A stretch of DNA of 43,911 nt from Candidatus Eiseniibacteriota bacterium (lineage in GTDB: Bacteria > Eisenbacteria > RBG-16-71-46): the NCBI GenBank assembly GCA_031366795.1, contig JANLOX010000252.1:1-43911 (forward strand), in the 5' to 3' direction. The stretch's first letter is position 1. Each line of letters opens with the position of its first letter. The translations under genes and the position numbers were made by a program. The notes below the pieces were generated by a model. The model made no database searches. It was not told the origin of the DNA and saw only the letters and a program-made list of their open reading frames with translations. This document shows positions 19,952 through 28,474 of this stretch, piece after piece.

Positions 19952-21297
19952 CGCGCACCGCCCGCATTGAGTTGATCAAGCCCCAGCCCTGCTGCTGTTT
20001 CCAATTGCCCGCGCGCGTCCCAGTAGGCGTCGCCCGCTTCGAGTTGCCCGAGGAGCGTGTCCACTAGGCGCCCTTTCTGTGTGAGGTAGGAATCGAGCGG
20101 AATGCGGCCATCGGCATAGGCCCCGCGGATGAGCACGAGGTCCGGCCGCACCTTGTCTGATCGATCGAGATAGAACCGATAGAGCGTTGTGGCATCCTGG
20201 AAACGACGTACGGCGCCGAGCACTTCGAGCCGGGCCTGAAGGCGATAGCGGTCGTACGCTGCCTCGCTGCGCGCGATCTCCGAGGCCGCCCGCGCGCGCG
20301 CAGCCTCGTTCTTCTGCCACAGCGGCAGCGGCACGCTGACCCGCGCTGACCAAGCGTTTTCGGTGGCGCTGACACCCGTGATGCCGCGCACGATCGCGGG
20401 ATCCCCGGCGAAGTCGGCGCCCGAGAACGACCGGCGCTCGCTATCGATACCGGCTCCCACGGTCAGGTTCGGGTGCGCTTCCGCTTCCGCGAGGCGAAGC
20501 TGCGCGCGGCGCTCGGCGATTTGGCGGCGCAATACCTCCCCCCTCCCCCGCGTCCGCAACGCCATCGCCACGACGCTGTCCTCGGGAGCGAGCAGCGAGT
20601 CGGCGGCAAACTCACCGCTCAAGCGCGTCGTATCGGCCAGCTCGCTCCCCACCGCCAGCCCCAACGCACCGATCGCTTGCCGCAATTCACTGCGGACGCG
20701 CATGGCTTGAGCCTCCAGGCGCAACAGATCGAGCTCGCTCAGGCGGCCCGTCACCGGCGTGATCGAGCCATCGCGTACCCGCGCCTGCGAGGCGCGCACC
20801 ACTCGGCGGTCGAGTTCGGCCAACTCACCGAGCGTCGAGATGCGCTCCTGCAGGAACAACGCGTGCTCGAACTGCGCTCGCACGCGTGAAGTGATCTCCT
20901 GCGCCATGGCGCGCCACTCCGCTGCACTCGTCTGGGAACGCGATACCGCTACGGATCGGCGCGCGACGCGTTTGCCCCCGAGTTCCACTTCCTGGCTGAC
21001 GGCCAGCCCCACCGAATGATCGGAGCCACCCCCGGTGGAACCGCCACTGCGCGATCCCTGCAGCTCGAGCTGCGGATTGAACGGCGTGCGCCCTGCAAAC
21101 ATTGAGTCGGCGCGCGCCACCGCAAGGTCGGCGACCGCCAGGCGGAGATCGGGATGCGAAGCGAGCGCCCGCTCGAGCGCTGCCGGCAGCGTGAGCGGCT
21201 CCGCGAATGACGACGTCGTCACCACGAACGCAAAAGTCGCGACCAGCACTGCGATGCATCCCATCGCCATCCGGCGATATGTCAGCGTTGAAGCCAT
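19948..21297 (-). CDS. TolC/CzcC-family outer-membrane efflux protein
   Basis: Signal peptide; LTL..AL..AL..HP.L, SQE.ELGGKR.AR, SVPLPLWQKN, AY..G.I motifs. Confidence 0.92.
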   Translation of the reverse strand: MASTLTYRRMAMGCIAVLVATFAFVVTTSSFAEPLTLPAALERALASHPDLRLAVADLAVARADSMFAGRTPFNPQLELQGSRSGGSTGGGSDHSVGLAVSQEVELGGKRVARRSVAVSRSQTSAAEWRAMAQEITSRVRAQFEHALFLQERISTLGELAELDRRVVRASQARVRDGSITPVTGRLSELDLLRLEAQAMRVRSELRQAIGALGLAVGSELADTTRLSGEFAADSLLAPEDSVVAMALRTRGRGEVLRRQIAERRAQLRLAEAEAHPNLTVGAGIDSERRSFSGADFAGDPAIVRGITGVSATENAWSARVSVPLPLWQKNEAARARAASEIARSEAAYDRYRLQARLEVLGAVRRFQDATTLYRFYLDRSDKVRPDLVLIRGAYADGRIPLDSYLTQKGRLVDTLLGQLEAGDAYWDARGQLETAAGLGLDQLNAGGAR

Positions 21298-21398
21298 TCC
21301 ATAGCCACCTTTCCGTCAGGCCAATACGTCACCTGACACGCAATCCCGCGCACCAAAGCAAGGGCGCGCTCAGTCCGACAGCGGGACGAGACGGGACG

Positions 21399-21827
21399 CT
21401 AGGCGGAGTAAGGAGGGCTACGGGGCGACTGTTGGGCGGTCGCCGGATCGGGTGGGGCACCCGATCGTTCTTCCGGTTCGAATCGCACGGCAGCAGTCTG
21501 TGAATGCAGGTCCTGCGCGGCGATCACCAGGCTTGCGAAATGCAAGATGACGGGCGCCGGTGCGTTCAGGGACACCGCGACCGGCGCGGGTGCTGCCGGC
21601 AACTGGATGTGGCCGCAGCAACAAGCATCGGCCGGAGAGGTGGGAGCGTGCGCGGGCGCGGATTCTGACTCGCCACAACAGTAGTCATCATCGCCACCTT
21701 CGTGGTGGGCGGATTCGATGGCGGCGGCACCCCGCAACGGCATGGAGGTGCAGTGGCCAAGTTCGAGCGGCAGCAGCACCGCGACGAACAGAGTCAACAT
21801 CATGCGCAGACCATGCACTTGCTTCAT
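21399..21827 (-). CDS. Small His/Cys-rich exported protein ending in RSPP (DUF2946/CruR-like leader)
   Basis: ATG 21827 after GGAGG. Hydrophobic N-terminal segment, GHC, HHEGGDDDYCC, ACCCGH, Pro-rich spacer, C-terminus SGAPP...SPRSPPYSA*. Confidence 0.7.
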   Translation of the reverse strand: MKQVHGLRMMLTLFVAVLLPLELGHCTSMPLRGAAAIESAHHEGGDDDYCCGESESAPAHAPTSPADACCCGHIQLPAAPAPVAVSLNAPAPVILHFASLVIAAQDLHSQTAAVRFEPEERSGAPPDPATAQQSPRSPPYSA

Positions 21828-21863
21828 GCGGCTGAGTCCTCCAAAACGCTTCGACACTTGCAA

Positions 21864-21892
21864 GGATTACTTGGGATGCCGCTGGGGGTCAA
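21864..21892 (-). promoter_or_regulatory. Possible sigma70-type promoter for the leader-tolC-MFP-czcA-copA unit
   Basis: Minus strand TTGACC-17 nt-TAATCC. The -35 is good, the -10 is weak. Confidence 0.25.
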
Positions 21893-22004
21893 GCAGGTTA
21901 TCGACGATCCAGGCCGGAGCTGCAGACCGGCACAGCGAATTGATAATGGCATGACGGGCAGGGGATGTGAATCCGGCTTCGCAGTCCAGCGCATCCGCCC
22001 TGCC

Positions 22005-23234
22005 TCAAAATGCCCACATCAACTCCGCGACGGCACTGCGGTCCCGGGACGCATCGGCGGACTTGAGAAACTGGGTTTCAAGCGTGAGCCGAACCTGGGT
22101 CTGCGCCCAGAACGATACCCCGACGGTGGGACCGTCGGTGGTTTCCGCATCTCCTACCGGAACGTCGCGGTGCGCGTAGTCGTAGCGCGCGTAGCCGGCC
22201 CATCGGTCATTGAGCAGCAACTCCCCGAGCAGGAACCCGCCGTGGGTCCCCAGCGAACTCTCCCCATCCGGTCGATCCGTCCCCCACAGCATGCCCGCCA
22301 CGCCCTTGGTCCGCGGTCCGTAGCAATTTGCGAACAGGGCCATCCGTTCGTAGTCGATCGAGGGAGCGCCCGGCGAAGCTTCGATCCGCCCCTTGTAGCC
22401 GAACGCGCTGAACGCGTTGCCGCGTTCGCCGAACAGCAATTCCCCGCTCGCATAGAGATCGGTGTGGCCTGTACCTGCGAGGCCCTCCAGTTGAGGCTGG
22501 CCGGCACCGAGGTACGCGTTCCAGCGCGGCAGGTTCACTGCTCCGAGTTCAACACCGCGCAACAGTGTCGCGGGCGCCCATGGATTCCGCGCACGCGAAG
22601 GCACTTCGAGTACCACCGGCGCGGACAACGGCATGGCAGCGCCCCCACCGTTGAACAGGATGGCGAACGGCAGCAGCTGGCCGAAGCGCACGGAATTGAA
22701 GCGCGGCGTCCATGAGGTGTTGAACTGGGCATAAGCCTGTTCGACCTCAACGCCTCCCGCTTGGATATCAAAGGCGAAGTTCGTGACACCGGACCAGTGC
22801 GGATCGATCGGACCCGCGATCCAGGCGTCGATCATTCCGGAGTGGAACCCTGCCTGCTCATGCTCGCGGGCCTCATACGTATGGTGCCCCATCACGGTCA
22901 GGTAGTGCTGCCATTCGAGTGGCAGCGGTTCACCCAGCGGCCGCTCCATCGCAGCGACAGGCGCCTTGGCCTCATCCTGCGTTCCCATCTCCATGCCTTG
23001 CCGCGGTGCCATGGCCCCGTGAGCCGAAGCCATCCCCCCTTGCTCCTCACGGAGACCACGCCGGATGTAGGAGTGACCGTCCTCGTTGAGTTCGGGTAGC
23101 CGGAAGTGGCACATCTGGCACTTCACCCCCTCACGCCTCGCGAACGCGGGCACGGCCCGGGCGCTTTCAACCTTGATGAGCGAAACGGCGGTCACGAGCA
23201 ACAAAGCACTCTGTGCGGCGGCCTTCAGCTTCAT
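22005..23234 (-). CDS. Cyc2-like monoheme cytochrome c / beta-barrel porin fusion
   Basis: ATG 23234 after AAGGAG. Signal peptide ending ARA, then VPAFARREGVKCQMCHFRLPELN..G (PxFAR + CxxCH + PxL), Met/His-rich linker, alternating beta-strand pattern, terminal ELMWAF. Confidence 0.75.
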   Translation of the reverse strand: MKLKAAAQSALLLVTAVSLIKVESARAVPAFARREGVKCQMCHFRLPELNEDGHSYIRRGLREEQGGMASAHGAMAPRQGMEMGTQDEAKAPVAAMERPLGEPLPLEWQHYLTVMGHHTYEAREHEQAGFHSGMIDAWIAGPIDPHWSGVTNFAFDIQAGGVEVEQAYAQFNTSWTPRFNSVRFGQLLPFAILFNGGGAAMPLSAPVVLEVPSRARNPWAPATLLRGVELGAVNLPRWNAYLGAGQPQLEGLAGTGHTDLYASGELLFGERGNAFSAFGYKGRIEASPGAPSIDYERMALFANCYGPRTKGVAGMLWGTDRPDGESSLGTHGGFLLGELLLNDRWAGYARYDYAHRDVPVGDAETTDGPTVGVSFWAQTQVRLTLETQFLKSADASRDRSAVAELMWAF

Positions 23235-23465
23235 GGGGCAGCTCCTTGCGCAGCGGAGATTCGCTGGGGACATCCCTTGCTGAACGCCAGCATCGTGCCA
23301 TCGGGCATCTGTTCCGCCGACATCGCCCGGAGCTTGCGGTTGGCTCTCGTTTGCTGACTCCGGCATCCCCTCGGGCGAGCCACAACACGCCAAACGGGGT
23401 GGCGCGCATGGAGAAATTTGCACTCGTCGGGCAGGAAATTCAAAACCTACCCCGCAGCAGCCGTC

Positions 23466-26216
23466 TCAGCGCCCTGCGTTCTCGTGCAAGGGATCGCCGA
23501 ACAGCGTCTTTCCCGCGAGCGCGGTCGCCGCGCCGAAAGCGAGAATTGCGCCGACCGTGACCATCGAGACCAGGGCGCGATCCGCGTACCACGCGGAGAA
23601 GTCGAGCGTGGCCACCGCCGAGCCCATCACGAGGGTGACAAACATCGCGGTCGTGGCCGCGAGCAGCCCGAAGCGCATGAGCACGAAGATGATGCTGGGC
23701 AGGTAGACCGCGGCACCGAGGATGGCGAGCACCCAGCCGGCATAGGGCGCGGCGGACATTGCGTTGGAGCCGGACGACAGCAGCAAGGAGACCACCACGG
23801 CGAGCCACGTCCGCCGCAGCAACAGTTTCAGCATGAGCAGCAGCAAGAGCGTCTCCAGAACCTGCAGCACGCACACCGAGCCACCATACGCCAGGCTGAG
23901 CAGGGTGGTGGGGATGCCGGTCAGCGACTCCAGCATTCCATCGTTCACCAATGTCGGAACACTGGCGAAGCCCAATTGCCGCGTGGCGAACACGGCGAGC
24001 GCGCCAAGCGCCACCACGGCGATTCCTGCGACGCCGCCGATCAGCAGGTCCCGCCCCACCAGCGGATCGCGCAGCCTTCCTGAGATGAGCCGGGTCCACG
24101 AGACCAGCATGCGCGGCCACAGTTTGCGGATGTAGGGCTCGAACGCCACGTAGGCGAACCACATGCTGACGGAGTGCATCAACGAGTGCCCGAATGCCCG
24201 GCCGCTGACCCAATCGGCTCCGGCAGACAGCAGTCCGTCTTCGGAGAGCCGCGTGGTGAAGGCGGACTCGAGGATGTTCATGCAGAACACGAACACCGCG
24301 ATGCGAGTCGCACCCCGGCGGTCCCCTCGCCCCAGTTTGAGGTTGCGCGCCCCGAAGTACACGCTGGCGATCAGGGGCAGCAGCGCGAACACGAGGAAAT
24401 TCACCCAGTCGACGCCACCCGAGGTTTGGACTTCGAGCGAGTCCACGGGGGCGGTCGAGCGCCCCCAATTGTGCACCATGGTGAAGTGGACGAGGCGCCC
24501 GCGGGAGGCTCCGGCCTGGACCGTCACCTGCTCATTTGCCGCCCAGGGCAGACGCGCCGCCCACGCCGCGGCGGAATCGCAGGTGGCGGGCACCGGGCGC
24601 ACCAGCGCCGCCGGCGTCAACGCCGCGGTGTCCAGCCCCGCGGCCTCGAGTAGCACCCCCCATTGGGGTGTCGCTCCAGGCGAGAACTTCGCGCTGTCCG
24701 CCGGAATAGCCTCGAGACCGATCAAGCGTCCCGCGGGATCGAGCAATACGGTGGCCTGTCCCGCGGCGAGCAGCGGCGGGTCGTTCACGCCGGGGTTTTC
24801 GGTATGGATGCTCGGGGACTCGATGATGCGCGGACTCCAGCGCCGCCAGAAGAAGATCGCGCTCGCCCCATTCACCCGTTGTTGCTTGTGGCTGCGCAGG
24901 TACTCCAGGTACGCGCCACTCTGACCGAAGCCTTCGACCGTGTGATCCGGCAACTGCCCGAAGCCACCTGTCTTGCCGAGAATGTCCGTGGCGCGCACGG
25001 ACAGCACCTGCGTCGGCTGCTTCGCCACACGGAACTCGGGGCCGGTCAAGCCGGCCCACAGCGCGATCCCCAGTAGTCCCGCGGCGATGCAGCCGAATGC
25101 CACGAGCGGCGTGAGGCTGCCCTTGTCGCCCGCGTTGGCGACGAGTTCCGGCGAGGGCGTCTCGCCCGCCGCGAGTGCGGCCGCGAGCGGATCGCCACCG
25201 GGCAGCGCGCCGAGCACGGCGTAGGCCGACGCAGGACGCAACTCGGGATCGCTCTCGAGGCAATGCGTGATGATGCGGTCGACGGCGGGGTCGAGATCGC
25301 GCACGAGTTCGGAGGGACTCGTCAGTGAAGCGCTGTCGTGCATCTGCTTGATCTCGGCAATGCTCTTCGAGGAGAACACGCGCTTGCCGGTGAAGATCTC
25401 GTAGAGCACGAGCCCCAACGCATAGATATCGCTACGCACCGAGACGCGCCCACCCGAGAGTTGCTCGGGCGCCATGTAAGCCGGAGTGCCGGCGAAGCCG
25501 CTCTCCTTCGCCAACTCGTCGGCGAGACCGGCGAGACCGAAGTCCGTGATCCGCGCGCGGCCACGTCCGTCGATCATGATGTTCGCGGGCTTCAAGTCGC
25601 GGTGCAGCATGCCCGCTTCGTGCGCCGCGGCCAGACCGAAGCAGATCTGCCGCGCGATCTCGATCGCCTTGTCGGCGGAGGGCCTGCCCATACGCCGCAG
25701 CACCGAGGCGAGGTCCTCGCCGTCGATGTATTCCATCGAGATGAACACGTGCCCATCCGCTTCGCCGATGTCATAGACGCGACAGACATTGGCGTGGGCG
25801 ATCTGGCGGGCGACGCGAACTTCACTGCGGAACCGCGCGAGCTCGGCCGAACTGCCGGCCACCGCCTGTGGCAGGAACTTGAGCGCCACCGACTGGCCGA
25901 GTTCGAGGTCATCCGCGCGATAGACTTCACCCATGCCGCCGCGGCCGAGCAATGCCACGACGCGATAGCGGTTGCCGATGCGCGTGCCCGGCTCGAAGCG
26001 TCCGTGCACACCGCCAGCGCTCACGGGGGGTGCTGAGGCATGCGCGCCAGCGGGACGCTCCGTGGAGGTGCGCGTGACGTCGCGCGTGAGATCCGCCGCC
26101 GCGCCGGCCGCGGGAACCGTCGCGGGCGCAGCTGCAGGCGCCGTCGCCGCGCCACAACCCGGGCAGAAGCGGGCGCCCTCGGTCAGCGCGTGCGCGCACT
26201 GCGTACAGAATGGCAT
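23466..26216 (-). CDS. Hanks-type Ser/Thr protein kinase with N-terminal zinc ribbon, extracytoplasmic domain and multi-TM C-terminus
   Basis: CxxC...CxxC at the N-terminus; LGRGGMGEVY, VALK, HRDLKPAN, DFG, GTPAYMAPE; many TM helices in the last third. Confidence 0.95.
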   Translation of the reverse strand: MPFCTQCAHALTEGARFCPGCGAATAPAAAPATVPAAGAAADLTRDVTRTSTERPAGAHASAPPVSAGGVHGRFEPGTRIGNRYRVVALLGRGGMGEVYRADDLELGQSVALKFLPQAVAGSSAELARFRSEVRVARQIAHANVCRVYDIGEADGHVFISMEYIDGEDLASVLRRMGRPSADKAIEIARQICFGLAAAHEAGMLHRDLKPANIMIDGRGRARITDFGLAGLADELAKESGFAGTPAYMAPEQLSGGRVSVRSDIYALGLVLYEIFTGKRVFSSKSIAEIKQMHDSASLTSPSELVRDLDPAVDRIITHCLESDPELRPASAYAVLGALPGGDPLAAALAAGETPSPELVANAGDKGSLTPLVAFGCIAAGLLGIALWAGLTGPEFRVAKQPTQVLSVRATDILGKTGGFGQLPDHTVEGFGQSGAYLEYLRSHKQQRVNGASAIFFWRRWSPRIIESPSIHTENPGVNDPPLLAAGQATVLLDPAGRLIGLEAIPADSAKFSPGATPQWGVLLEAAGLDTAALTPAALVRPVPATCDSAAAWAARLPWAANEQVTVQAGASRGRLVHFTMVHNWGRSTAPVDSLEVQTSGGVDWVNFLVFALLPLIASVYFGARNLKLGRGDRRGATRIAVFVFCMNILESAFTTRLSEDGLLSAGADWVSGRAFGHSLMHSVSMWFAYVAFEPYIRKLWPRMLVSWTRLISGRLRDPLVGRDLLIGGVAGIAVVALGALAVFATRQLGFASVPTLVNDGMLESLTGIPTTLLSLAYGGSVCVLQVLETLLLLLMLKLLLRRTWLAVVVSLLLSSGSNAMSAAPYAGWVLAILGAAVYLPSIIFVLMRFGLLAATTAMFVTLVMGSAVATLDFSAWYADRALVSMVTVGAILAFGAATALAGKTLFGDPLHENAGR

Positions 26217-26359
26217 CGGGGCGGATTCCTCTATTGGATGAGCGGCAAGCGAGGAGCAATGGCCGCAGCCCGCCCGCGCGATCGCTGCGGGAAAGTAGCA
26301 CGCACACCGCGCAGCGCTCTAGCCCGGACCAGGGAGATGCCTGCCGGTTCGTATGGCCC

Positions 26360-27634
26360 CTAGCGGATCACCACCACCGCGCGCGATTGGACCGCGGTGC
26401 CCGCGTGCAGTTGCACGTAGTAGACGCCGGTCGCCAGCGGCCGCCCCGCGGCATCGCGGCCATCCCAGCGCAGCGTGTGCGATCCGGTGTCGCGCGCGCC
26501 TTCGTCGAGCACCCGCCGCATGCGCCCGGCGGGGTCCACGAGCAGCACGCGAACATTGGCGCGCGCGGGCAGCGCATAGTGGAGCTCCCCGGAGTTGCGA
26601 AGCGGATTCGGCGACAGCGAGAGCGCGATGGGTGCACCGGGACTCGCGGGCACGGAGGCGACGTGCGTGTACGCGAACGGCCCGATGTCGGCGACCGAGC
26701 CATCGGGGTCGTGGGGCCACGTGGGATCACCCGCGTCAATCGCGGCGCTACCCAGCACCAGGCGATAGTCGCCCGCGGCGGCGTTCACGAACCTCGGGTC
26801 GCCGTCGACATTGCCATACACCGTGTCCGTCGCGGAGTAACTGTTCGCCATGGCGCCACTGAAATTCCCGCCGCCACCCAACCACAACAATGCTGCGACC
26901 TGGTTTTGGTAGAACAGATTGTGCGTGATCAACGCGGACGTCTCGCTGAGCCAACAAATCCCACGGCCGCGCAGCGGGGCGGGAATGCCGTTTTGGTAGA
27001 AGATGTTGTCGCGCACGATGGGTGCTGCAAGGTCCACGGTGAGCAGGCCGTTGCCATCACTGTGGGCGACGAGGTTGTGCTCGAACACGCCGGTTGCGGA
27101 TTGATGGAACCGCAGCCCGTGGACATCGGCCGAACTCGTAGCGAAGTTGTCGAGGACCAGGTTGTGGTGGATCCACGGCGCCGCCGCATTGCCCGCGAAC
27201 ACCCCCGCGCCCCCGACGCTTGCGCCGTTGTGGTCGATACGGTTGTGGTCGATTTCCGCGTTGCCATTGTCGATGCGCACACCGCCACCCAGCGACCCGC
27301 TGCCGCCAGTGATGCGGAAGCCGCTGACGCGCCCGCCCTGCGACGCGTCATGCCGAACGACGCTCGCCGACCCATTCGCATCGAGCACGCTCGCGTCCAT
27401 GCCGGCGCCGAGCAGTTGGATGCGATTGGTGGTCAGCTGCAACGGGAACGTCTCACCGTTCGCACCGGCCGAGTACGTCCCCGCCGCGACGAGCACGGTG
27501 TCCCCGGCGCCCGAAGCCGCGAGCGCAGCAGTGATGGTCGCGAAGTTCAGCGGAACGCGGCGAACCGTGGCGCTCGCCGAATTCGCGAATAGCGTCGCCA
27601 GGGCGAGTGCGGCAACCAACACGACCGTCTTCAT
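26360..27634 (-). CDS. Secreted right-handed beta-helix (DUF1565/pectin-lyase-like) protein with C-terminal FlgD-Ig domain
   Basis: Signal peptide; TITAAL..GDTVLVAAGTY, N-rich beta-helix repeats, DPRF..DYRL..S.AIDAG, then PNP...WDGRD..G..LATGVY. Confidence 0.85.
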   Translation of the reverse strand: MKTVVLVAALALATLFANSASATVRRVPLNFATITAALAASGAGDTVLVAAGTYSAGANGETFPLQLTTNRIQLLGAGMDASVLDANGSASVVRHDASQGGRVSGFRITGGSGSLGGGVRIDNGNAEIDHNRIDHNGASVGGAGVFAGNAAAPWIHHNLVLDNFATSSADVHGLRFHQSATGVFEHNLVAHSDGNGLLTVDLAAPIVRDNIFYQNGIPAPLRGRGICWLSETSALITHNLFYQNQVAALLWLGGGGNFSGAMANSYSATDTVYGNVDGDPRFVNAAAGDYRLVLGSAAIDAGDPTWPHDPDGSVADIGPFAYTHVASVPASPGAPIALSLSPNPLRNSGELHYALPARANVRVLLVDPAGRMRRVLDEGARDTGSHTLRWDGRDAAGRPLATGVYYVQLHAGTAVQSRAVVVIR

Positions 27635-27766
27635 GTGGGATCGAACTCCAGTTGGGAAGCAAAGCGCACGGCCTTTACACCGATGAATGTCCTGGGCCGG
27701 GAAATGGTTCCCGGGATGTTATCAGCCTGTGCGACATGGCCCAGCGGGCATCAGTCTCCGGTCGTC

Positions 27767-28252
27767 TCAGGCTGAGCGCAGCTCCCACTCATCACGCCGC
27801 GACTCAAACTCGAGCCGCGTCGTTGCTGCTTCCTTGGCATCAATGCTCGCCAGTCGCTCGGTGGGATAGCGAATTGGGGCACGGCCTTGGGCGACCATCA
27901 GGCGCAGCAGTCGGTCCGCTTGGGGGCCAATCGGAGCGGCCGCGTTTTCCCAGCGGGAAACCGTTTCATCGCTCACGCCCATGTGCCTGGCGAAGTCCGC
28001 GCCCGACCAACCGAGACTCTTCCGCAGGAAGCGGACCTCTTCCCCGGTCAACCGCGTCCGCTTCTCAATCACAGCCCGCGCGATTAAGCGGTGGAGGCTC
28101 TCGATTCGCGGAATCGCGACCGCATAGTTGCCGCACTTCTGGCATCGCGCCACCGCAAGGCCAACCAGGGTCACATGCTTCAATCCGCACTCATCGTAGC
28201 GATGGTTTTACTTACGGCTCTTCATCACGGTTCCGCATTCGCTGCACTTCAT
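27767..28252 (-). pseudogene. MqsA/YgiT-type zinc-finger + HTH antitoxin interrupted by an in-frame TAA
   Basis: From ATG 28252: MKCSECGTVMKSRK*NHRYDECGLKHVTL...RCQKCG...RLTGEEVRFLRKSLGWSGADFA..MGVS.ETVSRWE. The TAA is at 28208-28210. The ORF track shows only the part from TTG 28183. Confidence 0.8.
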
Positions 28253-28283
28253 TGCGCATGCTCCCGCGTAAATTGCCCCTGCC

Positions 28284-28421
28284 CTACTTCACCCGCCAAG
28301 CGGTCACCACCACAAGCTCGTGTTCCAAACGGAACGCCACGACGACCGTCATGCGACTCGTCTCAACTCGGTACCGCCATGTCCCATGTGCGTACGCTCC
28401 AGCGCGTACCGCTTCAAGCGA
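28284..28421 (-). pseudogene. C-terminal remnant of a DUF4258-like (RelE/MqsR-type) toxin gene
   Basis: Open stretch ...GAYAHGTWRYRVETSRMTVVVAFRLEHELVVVTAWRVK*, bounded upstream by an in-frame TAA (28422-28424). No N-terminal half; lies directly upstream of the antitoxin. Confidence 0.6.
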
Positions 28422-28474
28422 TTACGAACTCGCGTTGCCACTTCACAGGTGCCCCGCGGGAGCGGGATGCCGCG

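Noticed and set aside
23413..23443. Possible promoter TTGAAT-17 nt-CAAATT upstream of the cytochrome-porin gene
   Set aside because: The -10 match is too weak and there is no TSS evidence.
28208..28210. Stop-codon reassignment or programmed readthrough as the explanation for the in-frame TAA
   Set aside because: TAA ends other genes in the window (35350, 41199) and is not the Sec or Pyl codon; mutation or sequencing error is simpler.
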